From Tequatrovirus BCH953P4, in sequence record OZ035789.1: a stretch of DNA of 64,000 nucleotides; one strand, given 5' to 3'. Positions 11,331 to 22,013 of the stretch are shown here, piece after piece. Position 1 is the stretch's first letter; every line of letters starts with the position of its first letter. The notes beneath the pieces were generated by a model. The model saw only the letters and a program-made list of their open reading frames with translations. It made no database searches and had not been told where the DNA came from. The position numbers were made by a program, and so were the translations under genes.

Positions 11331-12509
11331 TTAAAAATATTTTTTAAAACTCATCATAACTTTATCATCAACATCATTATCAATCTGTGCTACAAGATAA
11401 GATGACAGTTCTACTTCTTGTGGCGCGGATTGAACATTATCAGAATTAAGATATTCACGAATCCAAGGATACGGATGTTTAACCGGAGCATCGGTAATTG
11501 GGCATGGAAGACCACACTGTTTCATACGAGATACAGTTAAGTAATCAATAAAGCTCCACATGCTATTTGTATTTAATCCAGGAACATCGCCGTCTTTAAA
11601 TAAATGAACTGCCCAATCTTTTTCTTGGCGGTTAACTTCCATGAAAATATCAACTGCTTCTTGTTCACACTCTTGAGCAATTTTAACCCATTCATCGCCA
11701 TCAGTACCAGATTGAAGTTGACGAATAATATATTGAGTGCCTTTAAGGTGAAGCTGCTCATCACGTGCAATGAACTTCATAATTTTGGCATTACCTTCCA
11801 TGATTTCCATGTTTTTATGGAAGTTAAAGGTACATGCGAAAGATACATAAAAACGAATAGCTTCCAATGCGTTGATTACATGCAAACAGAGGTAAAGAGA
11901 TTTCATTAGCTCATGCTTCCAATATGTCTCATGCTCAATAGCATCTTCAATAACGTCTTCGTCTGCATTAATTTCTTTTTGGTATTCGATATCAGCTTTA
12001 GCGTTTTCCCAATAACGAGTTTTAATCAGAACATCATCATAATAACGTCCAATGGATTCAGCACGTTTCATAATAGCTTCATCTAATACAATTTCATCAA
12101 ATACCTTCGATGGATCAGTATAAAGATTTCGCATGATATGTGTGTATGAACGGCTGTGAATAGTTTCACTAAAAGTCCACGTAGCAACCCATGTATCAAG
12201 GCTTGGGTCTGAAATTAATGACATAAGTACAGCAGACGGCGCACGACCCTGAATGCTATCCAAAAGTGATTGATATTTCAGATTATTAGTAAAAATATTT
12301 TGCTGATACTGAGGAAGCTTATTAAACTGTGCAGCATCCATCATCAAGTTTACTTCTTCAGGACGCCAAAAAAATGATAAAGATTTCTCAATAAGTTCTT
12401 CAAATACTCTATGTCGTTGAATATCATATCGAGCTAAACCCAATCCAGAACCAAAAAACATCGGCTCAGTCAAAATATTAACAGGGGATGTATTAAAAAC
12501 TGTACTCAT
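11331..12509 (-). CDS. nrdB: ribonucleotide reductase small subunit (uninterrupted)
   Basis: Continuous 392-codon ORF starting MSTVFNT as T4 NrdB; di-iron ligand-containing helices; no intron. Confidence 0.9.
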   Translation of the reverse strand: MSTVFNTSPVNILTEPMFFGSGLGLARYDIQRHRVFEELIEKSLSFFWRPEEVNLMMDAAQFNKLPQYQQNIFTNNLKYQSLLDSIQGRAPSAVLMSLISDPSLDTWVATWTFSETIHSRSYTHIMRNLYTDPSKVFDEIVLDEAIMKRAESIGRYYDDVLIKTRYWENAKADIEYQKEINADEDVIEDAIEHETYWKHELMKSLYLCLHVINALEAIRFYVSFACTFNFHKNMEIMEGNAKIMKFIARDEQLHLKGTQYIIRQLQSGTDGDEWVKIAQECEQEAVDIFMEVNRQEKDWAVHLFKDGDVPGLNTNSMWSFIDYLTVSRMKQCGLPCPITDAPVKHPYPWIREYLNSDNVQSAPQEVELSSYLVAQIDNDVDDKVMMSFKKYF

Positions 12510-13147
12510 TTAGAATCCTTAAATTTACATTTATCATAATGCCATCTTAAAGCATTGCCTTTATTAACTTTCTTGCCACAATGCGGACAAGGCGGATACT
12601 CTGTACCTTGCTTAGTTCTCAAAGAAATCAAATCACGGGTTTCTTTAGTATGAGGAACATCTCTTGTCGGAGAGATTGTACCATACATTGGATTAAGCAC
12701 GCCGACTTTAGCAGCAGCTATATTCTTTTTAGCTTCTTCGGTTTTAGGTTTTCTCATGCGAGCTAAATGCTCTTTGGTAAATTTCCTTCCTTTAAGGGCT
12801 CTACTTATCTTTTCTCTGGTTTCCATAGAAACTTCACGTCCTATAGCAGCTTCAGATAAACGTCGTCTACCTAATTCGTACAGTTGAGAAGAAATTTTAT
12901 ATGAGCGATTTTTACCGGTCAAGCACATTAAACCAAAAGCTTTCTTTAATCCTGGGGTGTCATATATTTTACATAAAAGCCAATGAGCTATAAAATGCTC
13001 TCTACCTGTTAATTCAACTAAATTTTCTTTATCATCAGAACCTCCCATACATCTAGGGATTATATGATGTGTCTCTTTATATTCGGATAAAGGTTCCCGA
13101 GCCTGAGCTCGGGAAATTAGGTCATTATAGATTTTTTGATAATTCAT
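12506..13147 (-). CDS. mobE: free-standing HNH homing endonuclease
   Basis: 213-aa ORF between nrdA and nrdB with HHIIPR..GGSDDKENLVELTGREHFIAH HNH motif and C-terminal zinc-finger-like CPHCGKK. Confidence 0.75.
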   Translation of the reverse strand: MNYQKIYNDLISRAQAREPLSEYKETHHIIPRCMGGSDDKENLVELTGREHFIAHWLLCKIYDTPGLKKAFGLMCLTGKNRSYKISSQLYELGRRRLSEAAIGREVSMETREKISRALKGRKFTKEHLARMRKPKTEEAKKNIAAAKVGVLNPMYGTISPTRDVPHTKETRDLISLRTKQGTEYPPCPHCGKKVNKGNALRWHYDKCKFKDSK

Positions 13148-15411
13148 TACAATTTACACGCTGCACAATCTTCAGCTTTTGGAGTTTCTATTTCATAATC
13201 ATCAGTACCAGAACCATCGCGGGTATTATGATAATAGAAATTTTTTCCGCCAAAATACCAAAAATACAAAAGGTCATCAATCATTATTGACATTGGAACC
13301 TTTCCTTTTGGAAAAATCTGCGGGTCATAGTATGTATTCGCTGAAGCTGATTGACATACCCATTTCAGCATAATAGCTACCTGCGTAAGATAAGGTTTAT
13401 TACCTTTCTTAGCTAATTTCCATGTATAATCATAAAGGTCTATGTTATGCTCAATATTGGGCACGACTTGATTAAAGGAGCCCTCTTTTGATTCTTTAAC
13501 AGAGACTGGTCCACGTGGAGGCTCGATACCGTTTGTACTGTTAGAAACTTGGGAAGATGACTCACATGGCATAAGTGCTGATAATGTGCTATTACGGATG
13601 CCAAAGAGCTTAAGGTCTTCCCGCAGCGACGACCAGTCACAAACGTATTTTGGAGCTGCGATTTGGTCAATCTTTTTATTGTACCAGTCGATAGGTAATT
13701 CGCCTCGAGACCAACGAGTGTCTGAATAATATTCGCAAGGTCCTTTTTCTTTGGCGAGCTTAATGGATGCTTTAATGAGTCCATACTGTAATCTCTCAAA
13801 TAGTTCATGTGTTAAATCGTTAGCATCTTCATAAGAAGCAAAGTTACTTGCCAGCCAAGCTGCATAGTTAGTAACACCTACACCGAGGTTACGACGCTTT
13901 TTAGCTTTTTCTGCTTCAGGAACTGGATATCCTTGGTAATCCAAAAGATTATCAAGAGCACGAACTTGAACTTCTGCCAATTCATTAATTTTATCTTGGT
14001 CTTGCCAGTCAAAATTATCTAGTACGAATGCAGAGAGAGTACACAATCCAATTTCAGCATCAGGACTATTCACATCATTTGTTGGAATAGCAATTTCACA
14101 GCACAAGTTACTCTGACGAATAGGTGCCTTTTCACGAATAAATGGAGTATAGTTATTCGTATTATCAATGAACTGTACATAAATCCTTGCTGTTCCTGAA
14201 CGTTCAGTCATGAGCAATTCAAACAGTTCACGGGCTTTAATACGCTTTTTACGAATATTAGGGTCTTTTTCTGCTGCTTCGTATAATTCACGGAAACGGT
14301 CTTGGTCTTTAAAATAAGAATAATAAAGCTCTCCACCCATTTCATGTGGACTAAACAAAGTAATGTAATCGTTCTTTCCAAAACGTTCCATCATCAAATC
14401 ATTCAGCTGAACACCATAATCCATATGACGAATGCGGTTTTCTTCTACGCCTTTGTTATTTTTCAAAACGAGAAGATTTTCAACTTCCAAATGCCAAATA
14501 GGATAATAAGCAGTAGCAGCGCCGCCACGAATTCCACCCTGTGAGCATGATTTAACTGCAGTCTGAAAATGTTTCCAAAAAGGAATAACACCGGTATGGC
14601 GTACTTCACCCATGCCAATCTTAGAACCTTCAGCACGAATCATACCAACGTTAATACCAATTCCAGCGCGTTTAGAGATATATTCAACAATTGAAGCGGA
14701 AGCCTTATTGATAGACTTCAGCGAATCACCTGCCTCAATAACAACACATGAACTAAACTGTCGAGTCGGAGTACGACAACCAGCCATAATAGGAGTTGGC
14801 AGTGAAATCTGTCGAGTAGATACTGCTTCATAAAAACGGATAACATGTTTTAATCTATCAACAGGTTCATCTTGATGCAGTGCCATTCCAATAGCCATAA
14901 ATGCAAACTGTGGAGTTTCATAAATTTGACCAGTGGTTTTATCTTTAACTAGATATTTTTCTTTTAATTGCATCGCCCCGGAATAAGTAAATTCCATATC
15001 CCGCTCGTGCTTAATTTTTGATTCTAAAAATGTAATTTCTTCTGCTGAATATTTTGACAATAATTCAGGGTCATATTTACCTGCATTTACACAATAAGAA
15101 ATATGGTCAATAAATGAACGTGGTTCATACTGCCCATAAACATGCTTACGAAGAGCGAACATTAAACAACGTGCAGCTACATATTGGTAATCAGGCTCTT
15201 CAACCGAAATAGAATTCGCAGCGGCCTTAATGACAATAGTCTGAATATCATCAGTTGTCATTCCATCACGGAGATAAGATTTAATATTTTCATATAATTC
15301 ATAAGGATCTACTGATGTTCCCTCAGCTGCCCAAGATAAAACTTTAATAATTTTTTGTGGGTCAAAGCTCTGAGAAACACCACTACTTTTGATAACATTA
15401 ATTAATTGCAT
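13147..15411 (-). CDS. nrdA: ribonucleotide reductase large subunit
   Basis: 754-aa ORF, T4 NrdA length; class Ia RNR catalytic cysteines and C-terminal CAACKL tail. Confidence 0.95.
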   Translation of the reverse strand: MQLINVIKSSGVSQSFDPQKIIKVLSWAAEGTSVDPYELYENIKSYLRDGMTTDDIQTIVIKAAANSISVEEPDYQYVAARCLMFALRKHVYGQYEPRSFIDHISYCVNAGKYDPELLSKYSAEEITFLESKIKHERDMEFTYSGAMQLKEKYLVKDKTTGQIYETPQFAFMAIGMALHQDEPVDRLKHVIRFYEAVSTRQISLPTPIMAGCRTPTRQFSSCVVIEAGDSLKSINKASASIVEYISKRAGIGINVGMIRAEGSKIGMGEVRHTGVIPFWKHFQTAVKSCSQGGIRGGAATAYYPIWHLEVENLLVLKNNKGVEENRIRHMDYGVQLNDLMMERFGKNDYITLFSPHEMGGELYYSYFKDQDRFRELYEAAEKDPNIRKKRIKARELFELLMTERSGTARIYVQFIDNTNNYTPFIREKAPIRQSNLCCEIAIPTNDVNSPDAEIGLCTLSAFVLDNFDWQDQDKINELAEVQVRALDNLLDYQGYPVPEAEKAKKRRNLGVGVTNYAAWLASNFASYEDANDLTHELFERLQYGLIKASIKLAKEKGPCEYYSDTRWSRGELPIDWYNKKIDQIAAPKYVCDWSSLREDLKLFGIRNSTLSALMPCESSSQVSNSTNGIEPPRGPVSVKESKEGSFNQVVPNIEHNIDLYDYTWKLAKKGNKPYLTQVAIMLKWVCQSASANTYYDPQIFPKGKVPMSIMIDDLLYFWYFGGKNFYYHNTRDGSGTDDYEIETPKAEDCAACKL

Positions 15412-15728
15412 AAGTCCTCAACTTGAAAATCGTCTTTAAACAATCGGTTAACTATATGAGCTATTATATCACCATGACACGGCTTTGGTTTACATGTGCA
15501 TCCTAGCCTCATTCCACGTAAAGGCTCTAAATGTGCTTTAGTTATTTCTCCGGATTTAATTCGACGTATAAAATCTTTTTTGAATAATTCAATGGCAGCC
15601 TCCCGGCTGCCAGCATCTTTACCGACGTAATTTCCCCAAAATGTACCGCGGTGAATATTAACATCAAAGTCGGATTTATATTTATTCACTACTCGGCATA
15701 GACGGCCCACGCTGGAATAATTCGTCAT
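15402..15728 (-). CDS. hypothetical protein (108 aa)
   Basis: ORF track; position of T4 nrdA.1. Confidence 0.5.
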   Translation of the reverse strand: MTNYSSVGRLCRVVNKYKSDFDVNIHRGTFWGNYVGKDAGSREAAIELFKKDFIRRIKSGEITKAHLEPLRGMRLGCTCKPKPCHGDIIAHIVNRLFKDDFQVEDLCN

Positions 15729-15945
15729 ATTGTTTTTCCGTTAATACAGTAATATCATAGTAACAATCGGAAGAAGTTTTAACTGTGGAAATTTTATTAT
15801 CAAAATACTCACGAGTCATTTTATGAGTATAATATTTTTTACCATAAATGATAATAGGCTGTTCTGGTCCTGGAACTTCTAACTCGCTTGGGTTAGGAAG
15901 TGTAAAAAGAACAACGCCAGAAGTATCTTTAAATCGTAAAATCAT
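15682..15945 (-). CDS. hypothetical protein (87 aa)
   Basis: ORF track; ATGA overlap with td exon 2 stop. Confidence 0.5.
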   Translation of the reverse strand: MILRFKDTSGVVLFTLPNPSELEVPGPEQPIIIYGKKYYTHKMTREYFDNKISTVKTSSDCYYDITVLTEKQYDELFQRGPSMPSSE

Positions 15946-17818
15946 ATTGCCATTTTCCCTTTAATTGCTGGATGCGATTCATAATTTTCAAGGATAAAAT
16001 CTTTCGGTTTCATGTATTCAGTTAACCAGTAAAGCTGTGTTTCGGTGTCACAATTTCCAAACTCTATAGGCCAATCAATTTTAAGTTCACATAGTTCTTT
16101 AGGCTCACGACGTAAAATTTCTTTACATTGCTCAGTATGATTCATATAGATGTGAGTATTACCGCCAGAAAATATCAAATCTCCCGGAATAAGATTACAC
16201 ATCTTAGCTACAATATGAACTAACGCAGCGTATGATGCAATATTGAACGGTAGCATTATGTTCAGATAAGGTCGTTAATCTTACCCCGGAATTATATCCA
16301 GCTGCATGTCACCATGCAGATCAGACTATATCTCCAACTTGTTAAAGCAAGTTGTCTATCGTTTCGAGTCACTTGACCCTACTCCCCAAAGGGATAGTCG
16401 TTAGGCATTTATGTAGAACCAATTCCATTTATCAGATTTTACACGATAAGTAACTAATCCAGACGAAATTTTAAAATGTCTAGCTGCATCTGCTGCACAA
16501 TCAAAAATAACCCCATCACATGAAATCTTTTTAATATTACTAGGCTTTTTACCTTTCATCTTTTCTGATATTTTAGATTTAGTTATGTCTGAATGCTTAT
16601 GATTAAAGAATGAATTATTTTCACCTGAACGATTTCTGCATTTACTACAAGTATAAGCAGAAGTTTGTATGCGAACACCGCACTTACAAAACTTATGGGT
16701 TTCTGGATTCCAACGCCCGTTTTTACTTCCGGGTTTACTGTAAAGAGCTTTCCGACCATCAGGTCCAAGTTTAAGCATCTTAGCTTTAACAGTTTCAGAA
16801 CGTTTCTTAATAATTTCTTCTTTTAATGGATGCGTAGAACATGTATCACCAAACGTTGCATCAGCAATATTGTATCCATTAATTTTAGAATTAAGCTCTT
16901 TAATCCAAAAATTTTCTCGTTCAATAATCAAATCTTTCTCATATGGAATTTCTTCCAAAATAGAACATTCAAACACATTACCATGTTTGTTAAAAGACCT
17001 CTGAAGTTTTATAGAAGAATGGCATCCTTTTTCTAAATCTTTAAAATGCCTCTTCCATCTCTTTTCAAAATCTTTAGCACTTCCTACATATACTTTATTG
17101 TTTAAAGTATTTTTAATCTGATAAATTCCGCTTTTCATAAATACCTCTTTAAATATAGAAGTATTTATTAAAGGGCAGTCCTACAATTTAGCACGGGATT
17201 GTCTACTAGAGAGGTTCCCCGTTTAGATAGATTACAAGTATAAGTCACCTTATACTCAGGCCTCAATTAACCCAAGAAAACATCTACTGATCGTTGATAC
17301 CATTGTAAATCAAGATAACCATTACGCACATTAAATTGATAGAACATATGACAAGGTGGTAATGCCATCTGCTTGAGTTCAGCTGGATTCCATGCTGAAA
17401 CAATTTGACGCCTATCATTTGGCAGTTTTTTAATGCGATCAATAACTTCTATAATTTGGTCTACACCGCCAAAATCACGCCATTGTTTTCCATAAATTGG
17501 ACCAAGTTCACCACTATGGTATCCTAAATCTTTTGCTTGATTTTCGTAATTTTCATCCCAGACTGTTTTGCCTTGGATTAACGAATCATGCTGAATTAAT
17601 CGTAAATCATTGACATTTGTGCTTCCTGATAAAAACCATATTAACTCAGAAATGCAAGCTTTCCAGGCGAGCTTTTTAGTTGTTACTGCAGGAAAACCTT
17701 TGGTTAAATCCCAACGCAATTTAGTACCGAACAAAGCAATTGTTCCTGTGCCTGTTCGGTCATCAGTTTCATAACCATTTTCAAAAATGTCTTTAATTAA
17801 ATCTTGGTATTGTTTCAT
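15942..17818 (-). CDS. td: thymidylate synthase, split by a group I intron (exon 1 17270..17818, exon 2 15942..16253)
   Basis: Exon 1 ORF of 183 codons ends ..TTGGGT then in-frame TAA; intron begins TAATTGAGGCCTGAGTATAAGGTGACTTATAC and ends ..AACATAATG before CTACCG; 183+103 codons = 286 aa. Confidence 0.9.
16254..17269 (-). mobile_element. td group I self-splicing intron (1016 nt) carrying the I-TevI ORF
   Basis: Canonical td intron 5' and 3' boundary sequences read directly; length 1016 nt using ORF-track coordinates. Confidence 0.85.
16401..17138 (-). CDS. I-TevI: I-TevI GIY-YIG intron homing endonuclease
   Basis: 245-aa ORF inside the td intron; N-terminal GIYQIKN..VYVGSA GIY-YIG motif; Zn finger CKCG..CSKC. 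Confidence 0.9.
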   Translation of the reverse strand: MKSGIYQIKNTLNNKVYVGSAKDFEKRWKRHFKDLEKGCHSSIKLQRSFNKHGNVFECSILEEIPYEKDLIIERENFWIKELNSKINGYNIADATFGDTCSTHPLKEEIIKKRSETVKAKMLKLGPDGRKALYSKPGSKNGRWNPETHKFCKCGVRIQTSAYTCSKCRNRSGENNSFFNHKHSDITKSKISEKMKGKKPSNIKKISCDGVIFDCAADAARHFKISSGLVTYRVKSDKWNWFYINA

Positions 17819-17859
17819 TTAGTACCTTATATAAATTATAATACATTTTATGAAGCTAA

Positions 17860-18219
17860 TTAATATGGTTTAGCAACAAATTTTCTCTCAATTTCAGGTG
17901 TGAAATATAATTCTTTACCGCGTTTGGAAAAACGACCAATAATATGATAATTATTCTCATCAAACGTGATATTACCAATATCCATAGCTTTCAACCAAAT
18001 ATCGATATTTCTATCCAGCTTTATGTCAAAATTCCAATACGGAGAACTATTACCGAAAATACTGCAAGCGGATTCAGTGAAACAACTGCTATAAATCTTG
18101 TCTTTAGGAACTATTAATTGATAGACACCTTTAATAAACTGAGGACCCTGCCACTTTGGCTGTTTCGCGTCTTTTTCTAATAAAATAGGGTAATAATTAA
18201 AATTCATATTTTCCGCCAC
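17860..18219 (-). CDS. hypothetical protein (115-119 aa) lying between frd and td
   Basis: ORF track (GTG start at 18219; ATG at ~18207); no recognisable motif; AT-rich. Confidence 0.55.
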   Translation of the reverse strand: MAENMNFNYYPILLEKDAKQPKWQGPQFIKGVYQLIVPKDKIYSSCFTESACSIFGNSSPYWNFDIKLDRNIDIWLKAMDIGNITFDENNYHIIGRFSKRGKELYFTPEIERKFVAKPY

Positions 18220-18227
18220 GCGTTATT

Positions 18228-19054
<827 letters not shown>

Positions 19055-19064
19055 ATTATTTTCC

Positions 19065-19307
19065 TTAAACAGACTTTTTCACAATTTTCCAATCAGCTTT
19101 AAACTGCTCGACGTCAGAATGGTAAATCCAGAATCCTGCGCTTTCTCCGTCTTCATAAAGAGGACATCCATCACATTCATCTTCCCACCCCATATCACGT
19201 AAAAGGTGTTCAGCTTTTTCAACAAGCTCAGAATCTTTACCGATGATATTAAAATACCATTTACCTCTAACTTCTGAATCTTTAATGCTCTGACGTTGTA
19301 ATCTCAT
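19065..19307 (-). CDS. hypothetical protein (~80 aa)
   Basis: Internal start MRLQRQS.. preceded by SD GAGGAG and an early promoter; track ORF extends upstream through the promoter. Confidence 0.5.
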   Translation of the reverse strand: MRLQRQSIKDSEVRGKWYFNIIGKDSELVEKAEHLLRDMGWEDECDGCPLYEDGESAGFWIYHSDVEQFKADWKIVKKSV

Positions 19308-19334
19308 TTTATTCTCCTCATGTAGTTGATAGGG

Positions 19335-19367
19335 TAATAGTATCACACTACTACCCTGTTGTAAACA
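19335..19367 (-). promoter_or_regulatory. early promoter
   Basis: GTTTAC, spacer, GATACTATTA, conserved leader CCCTATCAACTAC, SD GAGGAG. Confidence 0.55.
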
Positions 19368-19374
19368 ATTATTT

Positions 19375-19629
19375 TTAAATTTTATCGAGCCACTTACCAA
19401 GCTTAATCATTTCTTTAGTAGCCTTTTCCATACTTCTGAACTTAACCAATAGAGGATAGGTATCGACACCCATAACTAAACTGGTTACAAGACTGTGTTC
19501 ACCCACAAGCCATAACGAATACGTTTGAATATCGAGCCCGTAATTTCTGTCTTTGTGGACCCGTACACCCATCACTTCAAATTTCTCACTAGCTTTTTCT
19601 ACCGCATCCAGGAAATCATCTTTAGTCAT
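19375..19629 (-). CDS. hypothetical protein (~84 aa)
   Basis: ORF track with start trimmed to internal Met (MTKDDF..) to avoid overlap. Confidence 0.45.
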   Translation of the reverse strand: MTKDDFLDAVEKASEKFEVMGVRVHKDRNYGLDIQTYSLWLVGEHSLVTSLVMGVDTYPLLVKFRSMEKATKEMIKLGKWLDKI

Positions 19630-19630
19630 A

Positions 19631-19996
19631 TTAGGCCTTAAAAGTTTTTCGCAAAAGTTCAATGATTTCATCTACATTATTTTCGTCAACAATGCAGTGA
19701 ATTTTTGTTACGCCAGAAACCGTGTCTTTGACTTCATCCTCTTCAGAAGTCGGTTCTTTATACTCGCGAAAACAATGAAATTCGTCTTCACAAACGTTAA
19801 AGTAAAAATGCTTTCCATTTGCGCATTCAATGTGTTTTATTACTCTAAATCCATCAACAAAGAAAGCTTCTTTAACTTCAAACCATCCACCATTTTCTTG
19901 AATAATTTTAACTATTGATGAATTAGAACGTGGGCGATAATTAATAAATGTATCAATAAGTCTTGGAACAAGCTCATACTTTTTGCCAATATACAT
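19631..19996 (-). CDS. hypothetical protein (121 aa)
   Basis: ORF track. Confidence 0.55.
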   Translation of the reverse strand: MYIGKKYELVPRLIDTFINYRPRSNSSIVKIIQENGGWFEVKEAFFVDGFRVIKHIECANGKHFYFNVCEDEFHCFREYKEPTSEEDEVKDTVSGVTKIHCIVDENNVDEIIELLRKTFKA

Positions 19997-20040
19997 TACG
20001 TTTTCCTCATTTTAACGGGGCTGTAATAGCCCCTTGATAA

Positions 20041-20268
20041 TTATTGTTCAATCAGTCCCATGTAAAATTCTGCGTCTTCAGAATCCATACCATCACAATA
20101 TTCATTAGCCATAAAGCGGGTAAGGTCTTCAAGAGGACCTTCAATAACGATTTGAATACTCCAAAACTTAGAATCTTGTACGCTTGTGATACTAAGTTCA
20201 GGATAACGATTACGAATAATCTCTTCAATATATTCAAAATCAACGATGTCAATATCAACTTTAGCCAT
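20041..20268 (-). CDS. hypothetical acidic protein (~75 aa)
   Basis: Internal start MAKVDIDIV.. with SD AAGAGGAAA; track ORF extends upstream through the promoter. Confidence 0.5.
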   Translation of the reverse strand: MAKVDIDIVDFEYIEEIIRNRYPELSITSVQDSKFWSIQIVIEGPLEDLTRFMANEYCDGMDSEDAEFYMGLIEQ

Positions 20269-20308
20269 ATTATTTTCCTCTTTAATCATCAGCAGTATTG
20301 CCGATAGT

Positions 20309-20342
20309 TGTATAGTACCATGGAAGGACAAGGATGTAAACT
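20309..20342 (-). promoter_or_regulatory. early promoter immediately downstream of the gene 32 terminator
   Basis: GTTTAC, spacer, GTACTATAC. Confidence 0.55.
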
Positions 20343-20349
20343 GTTTTGT

Positions 20350-20392
20350 GAAAAAAATTTTTGAAATAAAAAAGGGGACCTCTAGGGTCCCC
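20350..20392 (-). terminator. rho-independent terminator downstream of gene 32
   Basis: On minus strand GGGGACC-ctag-AGGTCCCC hairpin followed by TTTTTTATTTC. Confidence 0.65.
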
Positions 20393-20414
20393 AATTAATT
20401 AGTAATATAATCTA

Positions 20415-21320
20415 TTAAAGGTCATTCAAAAGGTCATCCAGGTCCGTGTCATCAGCACTAGATGAACTGCCAGAGCTTGAGCTCATAAAATCATCTTCAG
20501 TTTTTGTATTGAAGTCATCAACATTGAATGCATCCAAATCATCAGCAACTTTATCAGCTTTCTTAGCAGCAGTCGCTGCGGCACCGCCCATCACAGCAGT
20601 TCCCATAACTTGACCGAATTTAGTATTCAGTTCTTCAAACGATTTGAATTTATCTTTAGAAGTCATTTCAGAAAGGTCAACCATTTGTTCGAACAGTTCT
20701 TTCTGGAAAGATTCATCATCAATGTTTGGAATCGCAGATTGATTCAGGAATTTAGATTCGTCGTAGTTACTAAAACCAGAAACTTGTTTAACTTTCAGTA
20801 CAAAGTTAGCACCTTCCCACGGACAAGTTACATCAACCGGAGTTTCACCCATTTCAACATCAACCGCAATCATCGCGTTGATTTTATCCCAGATTTTCTT
20901 ACCGAAACGATATTTAAATACTTTACCTTCATTTTCTGGAGCAGCTGGGTCTTTTACAACAAGAATATTAGCCCAGTAAGAAGTTTTACGTTTAACAAGA
21001 CTGTACTCTTTATTGTCAGTGTTGTACAGATCATTTTTACTGATGTACTGACATACTGGACAAGAATCGTAATCACCATGGGTAGATGAACATGTTTCAA
21101 TATACCATTTACCATTTTTCTTGAAACCGTGATTTACAAGAATTGCGAATGGTGCTTGTTCATCATTTTTAGACGGAAGAAAACGAATTACTGCTTGACC
21201 GTTACCCGCATTATCGAGTTTCAGTTTCCACTCGCCTTTATCTTCAGAAGAAAAACCTTTATTGCCATTCAGTTTAGCCATTTGTGCAGCAAGTTCAGCA
21301 GTAGATTTACGTTTAAACAT
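20415..21320 (-). CDS. 32: gp32 single-stranded DNA-binding protein
   Basis: 301-aa ORF matching T4 gp32 ([17 protein letters not shown]..; Zn site C..C..C; acidic Ser/Asp-rich C-terminus). Confidence 0.95.
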
Positions 21321-21388
21321 TTTATTTCCTTTTTAATTTAATTTAATTTAATTAACAGTTGGTGCTATGACACTTTACCTCATAGCTG
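21321..21388 (-). promoter_or_regulatory. gene 32 translational operator (pseudoknot plus AU-rich UUAAA repeats)
   Basis: mRNA reads ..GCUAUGAGGUAAAGUGUCAUAGCACCAACUGUUAAUUAAAUUAAAUUAAAUUAAAAAGGAAAUAAAAUG, the classical gp32 autoregulatory leader. Confidence 0.7.
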
Positions 21389-22012
21389 GCATAATTCGCA
21401 ATACTCTGGGTCTTCGAGAGGTATCCAACCTGAGTTGAAATACTTTACCATCGATTTAGCAGTTGTATCAGTTATATTTATATTACCTTTAACTCTTCGC
21501 CATCCAGGAGTTTTACCGTACAGATTAGAGGATAATAATAACACATAATTCTCGTAAGCAATATGAGATAATTTCCAAGACTCTATATTAGCTCGTGATG
21601 TTTTCCAAGGTCTAAAATCGTCACGGTTCATATAATTAGCCAATCTCATATGCTCTCTAACTTCCGGGTCTTTGGCTGGATGAGTTTCACCACTCACACC
21701 AAATCCACCACCAGCATATACCAGATTAAAATAGTCTGGATTATCTCTGGCATTTACTTCAAGTTGGTATTTTCGTTCTGCTTCAATAACATCCAAGTCA
21801 TCATCAATTTGAATTATTTTAACGCTCGGTTTTTGAAGCATTAGCGCATTCAAAAATCTTTTTTGTTTACATGAGCTCCAGTATTCCTTTCCGGAAGAGT
21901 CATATATTATTCCGTTCTCAAATGAGCAATTTAATTTACTACCGATATAATAGTATGGCGGAGTCTTATTTTTGACACGGTCTTCAAATGTAAACCAATA
22001 TACTATATTCAT
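21380..22012 (-). CDS. segG: GIY-YIG free-standing homing endonuclease (SegG-like) between genes 59 and 32
   Basis: 210-aa ORF; N-terminal VYWFTF..(x)..YYYIGSK GIY-YIG-type motif; position matches T4 segG. Confidence 0.6.
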   Translation of the reverse strand: MNIVYWFTFEDRVKNKTPPYYYIGSKLNCSFENGIIYDSSGKEYWSSCKQKRFLNALMLQKPSVKIIQIDDDLDVIEAERKYQLEVNARDNPDYFNLVYAGGGFGVSGETHPAKDPEVREHMRLANYMNRDDFRPWKTSRANIESWKLSHIAYENYVLLLSSNLYGKTPGWRRVKGNINITDTTAKSMVKYFNSGWIPLEDPEYCELCQL

Positions 22013-22013
22013 A

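Noticed and set aside
11331-12509. Searched for a group I intron in nrdB
   Set aside because: The gene is one continuous 392-codon ORF with no intron-like insert; absence recorded in findings rather than as a feature.
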